This document shows positions 62,701 to 64,000 of a stretch of 64,000 nucleotides of DNA, one piece after another. A model generated the notes under the pieces. That model made no database searches, had not been told where the DNA came from, and was given only the letters and a program-made list of their open reading frames with translations. Position 1 is the first letter of the stretch, and each line of letters begins with the position of its first letter. The position numbers and the translations under genes are program-made. The stretch is from Lepidodermella squamata (Eukaryota; Animalia; Gastrotricha). The stretch spans positions 310,001 through 374,000 of the forward strand of contig JBLDXI010000009.1 in assembly GCA_047495785.1 (NCBI GenBank), read 5' to 3'.

Positions 62701-64000
62701 CGCCCAAGACAATGACGAAAATTGTTCCGGCAATCTCCCAAACGCCCATCCATTTGCTATTGCCATCACAGGCGGCGTTTTTATGCTAGAAGAGCAAAGC
62801 GAGTCGTAACAATGCTTGCAAAACTGCATGGAAGTTCCTTCTGCACTGTTCGAAACGCCTGCAGGATTCAAAGCGAGGCCGGCTAATCGTTCGTCAATAT
62901 CCTTCGCGCAGTATTCCTGACGCACACTGCTAGGAATGGAATCGGCCCAACGCAATCGAGACAATCGGTTGTAGATAAACGACTGCTCCAGGATTTTCGT
63001 AATGATGTCTCGTTTTGGTACTAGTTCCTGACAGACAGCGCACACCGTTTCAGTCAAATTATCCGCCGAGAAGAAGTCCTTGATTTTGTTGACTGCATTT
63101 TCTTTCTTGAAATCAGAGATTGCTTCGAACACTCGCATGCTTGAATCGACATCGGCATCGGGTAAATCCTCCGGCTGAACCGTTTCCTATGAATAATTTT
63201 GTTTTCCCTTAAACGTTTCTCCAATTGTTCAAGCTGATTACCTTGACCTCGTATATATCTTCACTATAACAAGGTGTATCCTCGGCAATAAATAAATTGC
63301 GTGATTGAGACTTAGAGCCTGATTGTGCTTTTGGCGTCGTTGTCCCTGTCACTGTAGATTGTGAAGACTGCGGATGTTTTCCTACATAATAGTGAATAGC
63401 GAATGTGTATGCAGCACCATGGAGTAAATAGCCTACTTATTTCAGCGTCAACATCTTCGGCTTTCACCATTAAAGGTGTTTTCTTTATTTGATTCTCTGT
63501 TAGCAAGCCGCGCTCAATCAATCTCTTTGATTGCAAAGCAGATAAATGCAGCAATTCCATTCTTCCAAAGCACTGCTCTTTAAATTTGGACAGGGTTTCA
63601 AAACCGAACAATTTCATGGCAAAACAGGCGTGAAAATAAGCACCGATGCCTTCGACTTCGATTCGATTTGCATCCAATTGATCAATCTATCCGAATAATG
63701 TTAAATCAAGTTATTTTGCACTAAAGCCTACCATTTTCAATTTTAGAGGTGTCAAGCGCATTTCTGGCATAGCCTCTATTCTAGCAGGCCCAGACGGCGT
63801 TGAATGTCCAGTTGCGGATGATGAAGTCATAGGTCTTTTTACAACAAGGCTACCTCCTTCTACAAAACAACCACAGAATTAGAATAATTGTATCAATTAT
63901 AAAATGCATGCCTACCATTGTTAAAATCAAGCTGTCTTTTGCCACCCAAAACAGCTGGGCTTGCAAGGTCGATTCGCACAGGGAGTTTCGGAGGGGTCGA
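56791..64000 (-). CDS. Helitron Rep/helicase (DUF6570-like + HUH Rep + PIF1 SF1B helicase), multi-exon, 5' truncated by window
   Basis: 'PPVMAIANGWAFGRLP', 'KAFPNLFPYGVG', Rep motif 1 'HLMVTVSP', HUH 'ESQGSGTLHWHALLW', catalytic 'YSVKYVTK'. Helicase motifs 'GLGGAGKS', 'SGVAAINVNGCT', 'IIIDELSM', 'GDFFQLPPV', 'GLANGTRG', 'TTHCTQG', 'YVQISR'. Confidence 0.93.

Larger units (their letters stand above)
54391..64000 (-). mobile_element. Helitron/Helentron-type rolling-circle transposon (5' end outside window)
   Basis: RepHel gene and RPA-like gene on the same strand, then (CATC)n at 54563-54594 and a perfect hairpin at 54397-54415 just before a T-run. Confidence 0.8.

Noticed and set aside
63312-63677. 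121-aa ORF as a separate gene
   Set aside because: Splice phases link it in frame to the downstream RepHel exons, so it is treated as an upstream exon of RepHel.

Overview
This window is eukaryotic (animal) DNA from a compact genome with many ~45-60 nt introns, so the ORF track is fragmented into exons and genes were assembled by hand from splice sites. Bases 1-53.2 kb hold about 16 host genes: the 3' end of a KSR-like kinase, TMEM248, an MNT-like bHLH-Zip, PHETA/sesquipedalian, an Mpv17/PMP22-family protein, an atypical insulin-like prepropeptide, XRRA1, PPTC7, a GPI-anchored Kunitz inhibitor, a TLCD1/2-like protein, Mondo (MLXIP/MLXIPL), an RS/RD-rich matrin-type zinc-finger protein, a GAS2-like protein, a claudin-like tetraspan, CUEDC1 and IMP4. 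There are also a decayed RTE-LINE fragment and two MITE-like elements. From about 54.4 kb to the window end lies an apparently intact, intron-containing Helitron/Helentron-type element on the minus strand. It encodes a DUF6570-like + HUH Rep + PIF1 helicase protein, followed by a separate 5-exon gene for a truncated RPA70-like (two OB-fold) ssDNA-binding protein, a (CATC)n microsatellite and a perfect 3' hairpin. The main leads are the Helitron-borne mini-RPA, a possible SL-trans-spliced operon (IMP4-CUEDC1, 85 bp apart), the divergent insulin-like peptide, and conserved ancestral linkage. All family assignments rest on motif recall; no searches were run.
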